Assembly (NCBI RefSeq): GCF_001194135.2
Contig: NC_068986.1
Coordinates: 79,481,756 to 79,545,207 of the forward strand
Reading direction: 5' to 3'
DNA: 63,452 bases
Origin: Octopus bimaculoides
Lineage: Eukaryota
The first letter of the stretch is position 1. Every line of letters starts with the position of its first letter. The position numbers were made by a program, and so were the translations under genes. The notes beneath the pieces were generated by a model. That model saw only the letters and a program-made list of their open reading frames with translations, was not told the origin of the DNA and searched no databases. Shown piece after piece: positions 37,471 to 50,356 of this stretch.

Positions 37471-38412
37471 TTTTCAAATCTGCTACTACCAAGCGAGACT
37501 TTCTAAAGGAAAAAATAGAGACAGACAGACAGATAGAAAACAAGGAAAATGTTCTACCTAATTGAAGACTATGGAAATATTTACAAAACGTTTCATTTAA
37601 CTCTTTTTATTCAATTTAATTGTTTTTATTAATTAATATCCACCGTTGTTTTACTCTTACTCGAAAATCTGAGATCACTGAAACCGGTACTAACCGTTAC
37701 AAGTTGTCTTTCATGATAAAATTATTTTAGCATTTTCTACCTTGTCTTGCGCCTATACATATATGTGTGTATATGTACACACACATCTGCACACACACTC
37801 ACACGCACAGGCACACATGCGGGTACATACAAACGAAAACGCACAAGCACGCACACATGCACACACACGGATGCACGTACACTTACTCACACACACGGGC
37901 GCGCTCGCACACCCACACATACACACATACGCACAAACATCCACAAACACACACACATAAATATATATAAGTTCCTTGTTATTGTGCAATAGCAAATGTT
38001 TATTTACAAATTTTCTGACACTTCGTGTTAGATGCATGTAAACATATAATATATTTAGGTCTTGTTTTTATTCTATGTGAAATTTGGGTGAAAGTTCAAT
38101 AGCAAATCTGCATGAAAATAATAAACACCATTAAACTGTTAGCTGAGTCTTTTATTTAAACAGATATGAAACTGGAGGAAAATGTTATGGTTAAATATGA
38201 AACAAGGTTGTAGAATTTAAAACAAAAAAGAACATCGTCTCATAAGCATAATAGAAAAAATGCTGTGTTAGCAAATACTCTGAATGTTGAAGCAACGAAA
38301 TAGCAAGAACTTCAGTACCTGACGAAATCAGTAACACAATGAGTGAACAAATAGTAAATTCTCAATATCAATTAAGCAACAATTTGCGCTTCAATATGTC
38401 ATTACTTAAATA

Positions 38413-38616
38413 GGGCGGTGGGCTAGCGGAATCCTTAGCATGCTTAGCGGTATTTCCTTTGTCTGCTCGTTCTAGGTTCAAATTCCGCCGAGGTCGACTT
38501 TGCCTTTCATCCCTTCGGGGGTCGATAAATTAAGTACCAGTTGCGCACTGGGGTTGAAACACTCGACTACCACCCTCCCCAGAATTCTTGGTTTTTTAAA
38601 GTCAAAATTTGAAACC
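38413..38616 (+). mobile_element. SINE (ggcggcgagctggcagaatc family; central block resembles the Meta-SINE domain)
   Basis: B-box-like ggttcaaattcc followed by gcctttcatcccttcggggtcgataaattaagtaccag; multiple copies in the window; Meta-domain resemblance from recall. Confidence 0.8.
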
Positions 38617-39214
38617 TGTATATTATGCTTAATTACACATGCACTGCAATTAAGCTGCATATCTGTTGATATTTATATACAGGGGCAAATAATTGTAAAA
38701 CGACCGAAAATTGCTTCAATAGTGAAAAGGATTTCACTTCTTCAAATAGTTTTACTTTGCGCCCAAACACAAATTTGAGTATGTGCAAATTTCAGTAACA
38801 ATTGATAGCATACCATAAGAAATTTGAGAAAACAGGATCCCAAACTGTTTGTGATATTGTGGTATCAGTACTCACAGTTATTCAACCATTAATTTCGTCT
38901 TCAAGTAGCTGCAGACAATATACGTCTTTCATTGCTCTGTCACGAATCTCTGTCCAATAATATCTTTGGTTGATCATCAGTTACATGCTGCGTGTCTTTG
39001 TCCATAACATCAATGCAGTTGAGTGTTATTCGATGTCTATTCGGGTACGGAAACCTCCAAAATATAACATTTAATACGGATTTGTTGTTTAGCAGAAGAG
39101 TGACCGACAAAGTCTGATTTGTTATGAAGAAAAATAATTGAAGTGGATGGAATTTGGCCATAGATTTCCTCTTTGATTTTGGATTCATGCCATAAATATT
39201 TTAACTTCCCAATA

Positions 39215-39445
39215 AAGCGGCGGGCTGCCAGAATCGTTTGCGTGCCGGGCAAAATGCTTGGCAGCATTTCGTCCGTCTTTATATTCTGTGTTGAAATTCC
39301 ACCGTGGTCAACTACACCTTTCATCCGTTTGTGGTCAATAAACTAAGTACCAGTTGATCACTGGGGCCTATGTAATAGATTTATCACTCTACATTCCGCC
39401 TCCCCTGAACTTGTTGGCCTTGTGTCAAATTCTGAAACAAATATT
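39215..39445 (+). mobile_element. SINE, same family as 38413
   Basis: gcggcgggctgccagaatcg...cctttcatccgtttgtggtcaataaactaagtaccag...ggccttgtgtcaaattctgaaac. Confidence 0.8.
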
Positions 39446-40270
39446 TTAACGGGCCATTGAGAGGTCTGGTGCCCATACTATCTTCAAAATGACAGCTTCA
39501 GTTCCAAAGGGAAGAACGCATTCTACGCATACTATGAAGAGATCAGCCTTGATGACCTTCTAATACTTAAACGCCAGATATTTTCAAGCTTGTTATTGAC
39601 ATCACAGGTTAGTCTCATGACGGCAGAAAGCCTTTATTACTCTCAGCAATTTAGGCTCCAAGATAGACGGAGGTCACTGACTTACTCGGATGGCCATTCT
39701 TGCAACCAATTACTGATTAATGGTGAAACAACAACAAACAGTTGATTAAATTGTTTGATATTCTACAATCATTAGGAATGATGTAAATAGAGGGAATCGT
39801 TACCCAAGTGTGGCACGTAGTAATGCTGGTGTTGTCGCAGTAATCACGATGTCATCGTTTAACACGTGTCAATTCTAAATATGATGTTAGTGGTTGTAAT
39901 GACTGTGGTGAAGGTGGTGTGATTGCAGCAGCGGTGGGTTTGGTGGAGGGTGTGAGTTTAGTAGTTGCAGTGGCTTTAGTGGTGGTTGTAGTGACTTTGG
40001 TGGTGGTCATGATGGTGGGCAAAGTTTGATTTGTGTTGTTATTTATCAATAGCTCAGCCTTGATTAAGCAGCACTACGATTAAAGGCATTCCAACCGTGA
40101 TCATCCTATTTGTTCCCTATTTACAGGGTATCCGGATACACATTATGATCAATGTGTCGTTTTCTAAGATAGTAAGCAGTGGTTATTAATCTGTTTGACT
40201 CTATGAATATTGGAGATTAATTTTTCGGGGTTAATGAAATATTGAGGCGCATAGAAATAAGGTAAAATAT

Positions 40271-40681
40271 CGGTTTCATATCTTGGCACGAGGCCAGCAA
40301 TTTCATGGAAGGGGATAAGTCGGTTACATCGACCCCAGCGTTCAGCTGGTACTTATTTTATCAACATCGAAAGGATGATAGGCGGAACTTGAAATGAGAA
40401 CGTGAAGTTAGACGAAATACCGCAAGGCACCTTAATTTTTTGCTAACGATTCTCCCAGCTCGCCACCCAAATAATGTAAGATATTCTTTTCTACTCAAGT
40501 CACAAGGCCTGAAATTTTGGAGGAGGGGGACTAGTCGATTAGATCGACCCCAGTATGCAACTGGTACTTAATTTATCGACCCCGAAAGAATGAAGGGCAA
40601 AGTTGGCCTCGGCGGAATTTGAACTCAGAACTTAAAGACACGAAATATCGCAAATATTTTGACCGGCGTGCTCACCGCCTT
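40271..40681 (-). mobile_element. Two tandem SINE copies (38413 family) flanked by a 15-bp direct repeat
   Basis: Copies at ~40271-40468 and ~40485-40681; aataaggtaaaatat at 40256-40270 and 40682-40696. Confidence 0.8.
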
Positions 40682-41847
40682 AATAAGGTAAAATATTGAA
40701 AATTAATTTATACCTTTGCTTATTAATTACACTTTCCCTGGATGCTTAAACACTATATTACTTTTTTAAAGTCTTGCCTTACATTTAGAAAAACACAGTC
40801 CATCTAGGTATACCTTGTAGTACCTGGTTAAGAAACACTGCAGAATACATGCTATCGATTCGTGAACTTGTGACGCTGGTCGTGGCGGCAGCTGGGGTGA
40901 TTGTGTAATGCCTCACCATTACGAAAAGGTCATCATTACTCTAATGATCCTGGACTGTACACCTGCTTAGATATGCAGTGTAAGGGAAAATAATTAAAAT
41001 AAATAGATATTTTTGTAATTATACGCTATTTTTTTTACAATGCTTCAGAAACCGAATGGGACTGAATCGATTTCATTGTCTGCTGGAGTTTTCGTCTATA
41101 TACATTTTTTTTTTTTGTGTTATGTGATTTCCATTCTAATTGTTACTTATTTCTTTCACAAGGATTAGTCTTGATTCAGATTTTTGGTTTAGCATGTTTT
41201 TCTGGTGAGAGTATTTAACAAATAATGAAAATAAGAAGCTCCATATTGTGATTAGACATTTAATTCTATTTTTTTTTTGTCTTTAATTTTAAGCTTTCCT
41301 TATATATAATATATAAATCATTATACACCAGATATCAAATAAAACATTTTATATATGTCTTCACACCCTCGCTTCACGTTTATTGTATTTCTTAAGCATT
41401 TTTTATCAATAAAAGGAAAGAAGTGTTTTAAGGCAGCAGAAAATATGGAAGCTTGTCTTCTTACAAAGCTTTACATTATTCAAAAACATAGATATCCAAA
41501 TATTTCTGAATAAGAAGTAAAAGCAATAATCAATTCCAGTATTTTTCCTTGTTTGTCTTTTTCGTTTCTTCTCTCTTTTTGCTTGCGATTTTATTGTTTT
41601 TAAGGTTTTCACTTTTTTTCCGCTATTCCTTTCTTTTCTAGCTGGCTTACAATATAGTGTGAAAATTCCAATATTATCAGCAACTGGTGTATTAAAATAC
41701 AAGTCTTATATATGTATGCATATATATACATATATATATATATACATCTTATATATGTGTGTATATATTTGTATATATTTGTATGTGTACATTTATGTAT
41801 GTGATAAATGTATGAATATGCATATATATGTTTATATATATACATAC

Positions 41848-41893
<46 letters not shown>

Positions 41894-41898
41894 GTGTG

Positions 41899-41949
<51 letters not shown>

Positions 41950-42028
41950 NNNNNNNNNNNNNNNNNNNNNNNNNNNNNNNNNNNNNNNNNNNNNNNNNNN
42001 NNNNNNNNNNNNNNNNNNNNNNNNNNNN

Positions 42029-42067
<39 letters not shown>

Positions 42068-43720
42068 CATACACACCTATATTATTATGTGTTTTCGTGT
42101 GCATATATGTCCTTCTGTGTCTTCATATATGTGTACATGTAGGTGTATGTATGTGTGTCTATAAATGCAAAGCCCATATTATTGGAATATTTTCCAATGA
42201 AACACCAGGTGCATCAATTACAAACATTACTTAAGGTTACTAATTCGATATCCAATGTAATAGTCCGTTTGTTATAAACTTCTTAGACATACAACCTACA
42301 GCAACCCCGCTTTGAGCTTCATCCGTAGCTATCGATGTTTTAAAGCGAAAGTGGTGCAGTCTTAACGGACAATGTATTGATCCCGTCACTTTTGATTCCC
42401 GTTTGCAGAGAAGGGTATTTAACTTACCGATCGATTGCAGCTTCTGATTTGTTAAAGAGATATACAATACGGTTCTTGTATAGAAATAAAAACATCGTAA
42501 CTTTATTTATAAGTGTTTTTGGCTTTTTTACTCTAGCTATTGTTTCTCGTCCCAAAGACTGCTGATCGCAGAATTGGTAATGCGAAAGGCAAAATGCCCC
42601 GTAGTGCTTAGTTATATCACCTTACGTAGTTTGCATTTAATCATCCTGAGATCGATAGGATGTTACCAGGGAAAATATTGGGTTCCATGTAATTGCATCT
42701 ACATCTCCGTAAAATCTTGTAGCCTTGTGCTTCTGTTAGAAATCGTTATTTGTTTCTGTCTATATGTCTAGAAGACTGGATAAAGGAAGTTTTCAATTGT
42801 TTAATCCCTTCATATGTAGTATTGTCAAAACAGGAAAATTATTCAATACAAGTTATTTATTCGTTGCAACTAATTTGAGATTGAAAATTAAACTTCATGA
42901 ATTAATGGGCTAAATATGTACAAGAGGTCATTTACGTAAACAAATTCCAGTTATCGCAGAAGATTATCGTTGATTGAATGGGAGTGTTTTGCCTGTTTTT
43001 TCCTATTTTTTCGTTTGTCGAAATCAAGGAAATGAGAGTGGATTTGACCTCAGAAATTGTTGCGCTTCCGAGTAATGTATCAGCTAAGTAATTAAATACT
43101 TCTACGCCAAACAATGTATATTTCCGTTCATTTGCTTCCATCCTTACCTCAGCAAGTACAGAGAAATCTATGTTCCGCTGATGACGTCAACATAAGGCAC
43201 CACCTATCTTGAGTTTTCTCCCTTATTTGTAATAATTAAAATAATATCCATTATTGACTAGTATAGCTTTTCTTTACTTTGATGCATAATTGTAGTAAAT
43301 GGTGTTTTAATGATCTCTGCATTAAACGTGTCAATCTATGAAACTACTTAATAGATACTTATTTTGAAATGCATTTTAATAGAAAGCAACCCATTTGTCA
43401 ATTAGTCATTTAAAGATATGAATGAGAACTTAAACCAATAACAGGGAAAATAATTATTTGTGGGGGAAAATAATTATTTGTGGAACTACAAAGTGAAAGA
43501 AATATTTTAAAGATGTATCCTCTAATACGAATCGGAAAACCTAACCTTTTAATCTAAGAAGAAATCAATATAAGACAAATATAAATCAGAATATATGTGT
43601 GCGTACGGTTGTATGTTCTACGTATGTTTTATACATATATGTCTGTGTGTGTGTGTCTGTGACTGAGTCTGTATGTAGGCGTCTGTGTATATAATTGTCT
43701 GTGTGTGTGTGTGTGTGTGC

Positions 43721-43762
<42 letters not shown>

Positions 43763-44891
43763 TTGTGTAAGGGGTAAGTAGGTGTATAAATGTATGTAAA
43801 TGTACCAGCATGTGTGATTGTGTTTGTATGTTCGCTGAAAATATATTGTGTTTATTTTAGGTTTTATTGCCAAGTGATGAAGTAGTTTAACATTTAATCA
43901 GTGTATATCTATTTGTAACTGTCAATCGTTTATTGGCTCATTTTAATTTACTATATTAAATGGGTCGTAGAATATCCTCTTGATCGATGTGTTTGACAAA
44001 AGAAAAATCTCAACCTATTGTCTAAGACTCTTACGTTTCTTTTTATTTGAATCACTCTTTTANNNNNNNNNNNNNNNNNNNNNNNNNNNNNNNNNNNNNN
44101 NNNNNNNNNNNNNNNNNNNNNNNNNNNNNNNNNNNNNNNNNNNNNNNNNNNNNNNNNNNNNNNNNNNNNNNNNNNNNNNNNNNNNNNNNNNNNNNNNNNN
44201 NNNNNNNNNNGTTGCTTGTAAAATTAGTTTCAAATTTATTTAATCTACAAAAGTCACTTAGTTTTATTTCGCATGAAATTGTCTATTTGGCACTTCTTTT
44301 CGAGGTGTAAATTCTTTTGAGATTTCCTTTAGTTGAACTTTTATTATAAATTACACCTCTTATTGATCACTCCTTTTGAATGATTAATGAAGTGGAAAGT
44401 CCAGAGTTGACTGAAGTTTATCGAAAACGTGAAGAAACGCATATATTTTTGATCGTACAAGTATAATTTGCGGCAGTTCATTTCGCTTTCTTTCTTTTTT
44501 CCTACTTCAAAATACACAGCAATCCATCTAATCTTTCATATTGTGTTATAGTAATCTGTAACGATTCATCAGATTATTCTTCCCTCCTCCTACACTAAAA
44601 TATTGGTATTGTGCCACACGAACGAAATTATTATTTTTGATATCAAAGCTATTTCAACCTTTTTGCATAATCATATCAGTAAAATTCCCCGCATTTATTA
44701 TTATTAATAAACGAACCAATAAAAGAGCTTCTATGCAGTGGCTCGATTTATTAGAAAGAGCGACTGATTTTTTCGTAAATCACCTTCTGCCACCTTGAAA
44801 ATGGAATAGCACGCTAGATACGTTATTCATTGATGTACTGTGGTTGAAAAGAAAGCGTATTACGGCTGGAACACCTAAGTGGCAGATGGAA

Positions 44892-45633
44892 TACAAGGGT
44901 GGGCGGAAAAGTTCATAGGCTAGCTAGGAATGACTGATGCCAGAGCTGTGAAATCTTGTATACATTAATTTCAACTCCTTTTATCTAATAACTGCATTGT
45001 TTCTTTTTTTGTTTTGTCTTTTTGGCTTCATCACTTTGAACTAGAGACAAAGATATAATCCAAATTTATGCAGTGGAAACACCCCTCGTCACCCGAATGA
45101 AAGAAGACTAAGGACGTTTTATCTGCAGGGAAGGTGAATGCCTCAGTATTTTAGCATGCAAAAGGCCTTGTGTTTATTGACTAACTTCAAAAGGGCCACA
45201 CCATCAATGGAGAGTACAATGCCAACTTCCTGAAGCAGTTACGAAAGGCTATCAACTGCAAACTCCCAGGAAACCTGACGAAAGTTGTCTTGTTTCATCA
45301 GAACAATGCTCCACCACAGAAGTCCTTGCTTTCAATGGCTATCTGTAAGTGACTGTGGCTTTGAACTGGTTGACCACCCTTCCTATTCTCCCTATTTGGC
45401 CCAATTTGACTATCATCTGTTCCCCAACATAAAAAAAGACTTGTCTGTGAACCAGTGTCGCAGTGATGATGAAGTCCTATCTCCCGTTGATCACTTTCTT
45501 GAGCAACAAGGTGAAAGCTTCTTCACTAATGGGATTCAAACATTGCAACACCGATGGAAGAAGTGTATGGACCGCAATGGGGACTATGTATTCCATGAGA
45601 ATACTTTGGTCAGCTATACAGCTAACCATCGTA
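44892..45633 (+). mobile_element. Internally deleted mariner (irritans-like), both TIRs degenerate
   Basis: Left terminus tacaagggtgggcggaaaag; frames give QKGHTINGEY, LFHQNNAPP, CGFELVDHPSYSPYLAQFDYHLFPN and HRWKKCMDRNGDYV; right end cagctaaccatcgta; HTH region absent. Confidence 0.85.
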
Positions 45634-48600
45634 TGTGCAGATATATAAACCTTTAAATGCTTTCTATGAAATCAAAATGTCATTACACGAGGAAAGCAAC
45701 AATTCCGCATATTTTCAGTAGAAAATAGCCAATCTTTACTTTACTGTATATTCGTTACACGTTAGAATATCCGAGGTATGGTTTTTTGGATATTTCCTTT
45801 TTAGTATATAACGTGAATCAAAATCTGTTTCTAATTTTTGCTGCAGGGAACGACTTTGTTTACGATACCTATATGTTTTACTTCATTTACAGCCATTTCA
45901 ACACAGTTGCTCCATTTATAAATGAAGTGTTCAACCAAAATAATCTAATTTTTGAAGATGTCTTGTTTAAAAGATAAAGAAACTTGCTTCATAATTTGCT
46001 TCATATTTCGAAAAAAGGTTTGCGTTTTTAAGGGGAGTAGTCAAGTCAGTAATATTGAATCCACTGCTAGACTTGCACTTTGTTTTATCAATCTTGGAGG
46101 GATTAAGAGCAATGTCTACTTTAGTGTGATTCAAAATCAGGACATAAAGAGTCAGAAGACATATCAATAGGAATTGTTTGACGCTCAAGCGATCCTGTCG
46201 TCAAGCCGATTTAACTTTCTGTATAACTGATATAATGCAAAATTTCAAACTTCATATTTTTGCTCCCATCGAAAATGCAAAAAAGTGAAATATCTAAGCT
46301 TCAGCTTCGAAATAGCTTTGGTCAATGTGTTAGTCACGAAATTTGCAATAGTATATGCAATACTAGCATAAACAAAACCAAAGGCCACCGCCTAAAAGAT
46401 CAGATTCATAAACTTGATCCATCACCTCAACTGCTGTTGGAAAATTTTAATTAACTTATTCTTTATTCAACGTGCGAATTTTTTATATCTAGAAATATAT
46501 TCAGCTACGAGTTAATTAATAATCACGATAACTGAGACAATGGGTTACCGAACAATCAATGCGTATATTGTCACCAACATTACATCGTCTCTATGACAAA
46601 GACAATCAGCTTTTATAAAAAGAACTTGCATTTAAGTAGGTACTTATAAGTTTTATAATACACCGCTTAAAGGAACATCATCTCTATAGATGTAACAACT
46701 AATTTTTTTTTTCAAATCCGTCTGTCATACAAGATATCAGCGATACACTAACACTCTATCTGGTTCACGCTTCAGAATCAGAACATCAGCATCGGTTTTA
46801 TTGAAGCTTGGACTTGAAAAACTGTTGTTTTATATACTATTACAAATTCCATTGCTATAAGTATTGTAATGTAAATTTTGGATGCACAAAAACCAAACTT
46901 ATTTTACAAATATCAACTATTAAATATAAGAGAAATGATTGATTGTTATGAATCGTTAAAATTCTAGATTTACAAAAGTGAAAAATCGCCATTATTCTAT
47001 ACTTTTCGATTTCAGGGATTACATCTTCTCTTTTAAGTTATCTAATTACTTTGAATTTCCTATTAATAAAATTACTTCTATTAAACTATTATTTTCTTTC
47101 CAGCTTCACTGCATTATCAGAAATTAAGTGCATTTTCCTTAATCATAACATGTCACTTTTGAGAATTTATAAACCTTAATGTACGATTTATATTCACTTA
47201 ATAACTAACAATATATAAAGTAACCTCCTGCTGCAGCTGAGCCCAGTAGCTTACCTACAAACGCTTCTGCAATTAAATGCAATGAAGATAATTCCTGATT
47301 ACTTCAAGCTACACATCACATTGAATATGTTAGCATCAGTAAACATCCTTCTTTGTTAATCAACTCTGTTACAGTTACTTTATGGACGAATCTAATCTTA
47401 GTCGACACTTTGAACTGAATCGTATTCCCTTTCATTTCATGGTTTTTCTCTGTGAAAGTATTAATTCCGTTCGTTCTTTGATATAAACAAAACAAGCGTT
47501 GGTTAATTGATTCTGTTGTGTCCGCCGACGTGACTTGTAAACATTTAAAAGTGTTGACCAACGAATTCACGGCAAAACAACAACAATTCCTTACTATTCA
47601 CACTGATGTCAATACGATATTTCTATTCGGTTGCCGCCTTCATTACTGCACGTTGTCGTTTTTTTTTTATTATCTCTTCAGAGGGAATGTCATGCAGCTT
47701 AATGTCTCAATTGAAATTAAGTGGAATGAAACAAACGGATATTTAAAGTTACTCACATGTAAGATTATAATTATATTGAATAGAAATAATGCCTTTGCAT
47801 GCAGCTTTGTAATAGCAGATATTGGTTTTCCTATCATAGTTTTGTACCGAGCTATCGGGATTAACATGGGCAGATATCAAAGCACAAATAAAGTAAGTTG
47901 CTTTCGATTGCTACCGCGTAATAGGATCAAATTTACGCACCATATTAATTCCTTTTCTCTTCTTTATCTGCTTTGTTTTCTCTTTTTCTATCTTCAAGAT
48001 CGGATGTACTTTATCGTTTTAGTTTGGTTTCTGTCAAAATCTAATATTTCTTCAAGTCTTTGTCAATATCCAAAAGTACACCAAAACCGTATCGATTAAT
48101 TTCATGATGTTACTCTTTTTCAAATAAATACAAAACAAACCAAAAAAGAATAATGAAACTAAATACAAAATATAAAATACATTAAGCAATATTGCTTCTC
48201 TTTGTTCAATTCTGACGCAGACAAAAGTTATAAATTGCAATCACTTTCCCATATCTATAAGGGCTTAAGCTTGAATCAGCTGAGCAAAGAATCGATTTGC
48301 AGCTAGTACAAAAATATACGCATTACTATTACCGATCTCGAACTTAACGGCACCAAGCTTTTGATTAATTGTTCAACAATATTGACAAGATGTGAACAGT
48401 GTCAATAATTTAGAGAGAAATATGTCTACAGCAACTGAATTGTACTATTCTGTTAAGGAGGAAGAGTAAATGAAGACGTATGAAACGGGATAAGTTTGCC
48501 TTTTGTGTGGTATGTTTGTGTATGTATTAATGCATATGAGTGGGCATTTGCAGTTCCACTGAGAAAACGGGATAGAAGAGCTTCATACATGTACAATTTT

Positions 48601-50064
48601 TTTGCTAATGATTACTGTTTTATGTAGACCTTGGTAAGGAGTGTGTTTGTACGCATATGTCGATAAGTGTCTGCTTACTTACATATAACTTGAATTAAAT
48701 GTACTATTTGCAAATGTGTTTGTGTGCATACGAGCGCTCACGTATGTGTGAAATTAAATATTCAATCAAGAGTGGCAGTTCGGCCCCTGCGACATTTAAT
48801 CTGATTCTCTAAACAGTGAGGTCAATGTGGCCGAGGGCCAGCTTGGACATCTGTAGGTTGCCGTTTAAAGGAAATGTGAAGGTAAGGAAACGGTTTTCAA
48901 ATCGTGTGACTTTGGAGGATTTGATAAACGCTCTTTACTGCGCTAGTTGGTGCGTGAATCTTTGTATAGACAAGTAGTAAATATGTATTTTTATAGCTTG
49001 GCCTTAGAAATACTTTTACGCAGTTTGCTAGTTAATTACAGCAGAAGCTATTACAGACACAACATCTGTGTTCGGAAATAGCTGTCATTATTGACGATGA
49101 TGATAAATGAAGAAATAGTATAAAAAAATTTTTAACTACTAAAACGAATGTATCTATGCACTTCTGGTTTTCTAAATATCTGAGGTTATATATTTATATG
49201 TACACACTATTCCGGAATTAATTGATATAAAAGGTAAAAAAAAAAGTTTCAACGATAGAAAACTTCGGTATACGCAATGTTGGTGACAATAACTGCAGAA
49301 GACTATATAATTGAGAGCAGCATACACTTGCCAATGCACAAATAGATCGTTGGGCCAGAATAGACACCGTTTACTCGATTATTGGTGTTTAGAGTTATTG
49401 CCTGTCATTGCGAAAAAAAAAATCACCTGAACTGAAAGCTATAATTGTGTAAGAGTTGATAGTAGAGTAGTTTCAGAATGTCTCAGTCTAATTCATAGCA
49501 CAATGATGTTTTCCCGGATGTCCACCCTCTGTGATAATGTCTTCGATCAGGCGTTCAAATAAATAAGCTATTCGCATTCTGTGGCATTACAAAGCCTGTT
49601 AGGATTATTTCGATTTATTAATAACATTACATCACATTCGAAGATACATTTGTTGAGGAATTCCATGAAATAAGTGTACCTATTGTCATCAATATCGCTT
49701 ATATCAATGATTTTGGAAGTGGTTATTTCTCCTTCGAATAGGATGATTTCCTTATTTATGAAATGAAAATCATAAGTAAAGGATTGTACTTTTCGTTCAG
49801 TGAAAATTGAAGGAGATACAAAAAACTTCATTTAATTATTCCATGATTACTAGATACAACCGTAATCTCGGATTCCTGACGATCCTCAAATGGGAAAAAT
49901 GTATTCTATATTCACGATAGCACTTCTGACAGCTTAATTTCAGGAAGGAAGTATTTGCGGAAAATCACCAAACAATCGTGATGATCCTGACAACACAATG
50001 TATGCTATTTTGTAAATTATCACGAAACGTGCACTTGACAGTATCATATACTTACTTCGTTATA

Positions 50065-50276
50065 TACTAGGTCATCCCAGAAATAATGCGGGTTTTTTTC
50101 AATTGCATGATATAGGCGCAGGAGTGGCTGTGTGGTAATTGGCTTGCTTACGAACCAGATGTTTCTGGGTTCAGTCCCACTGCGTGGCACCTTGGGCAAG
50201 TGTCTTCTACTATAGCTTCGGGCTAACCAGAGCTTTGTGAGCGGATTTGGTAGACGGAAACTGAAAGAAGCCCGTC

Positions 50277-50356
<80 letters not shown>

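Noticed and set aside
37660-37700. GAAACCGGTA near the Penelope relic 5' end
   Set aside because: No intact CUGANGA or stem I; opposite strand to the element.
38310-38350. ctgacga-aatc...gagt-gaac hammerhead-like string
   Set aside because: GAAA box broken and no stem I or stem III.
39852-40049. Thr-rich mucin-like ORF
   Set aside because: Degenerate GTG/ACC trinucleotide tract; short and unsupported.
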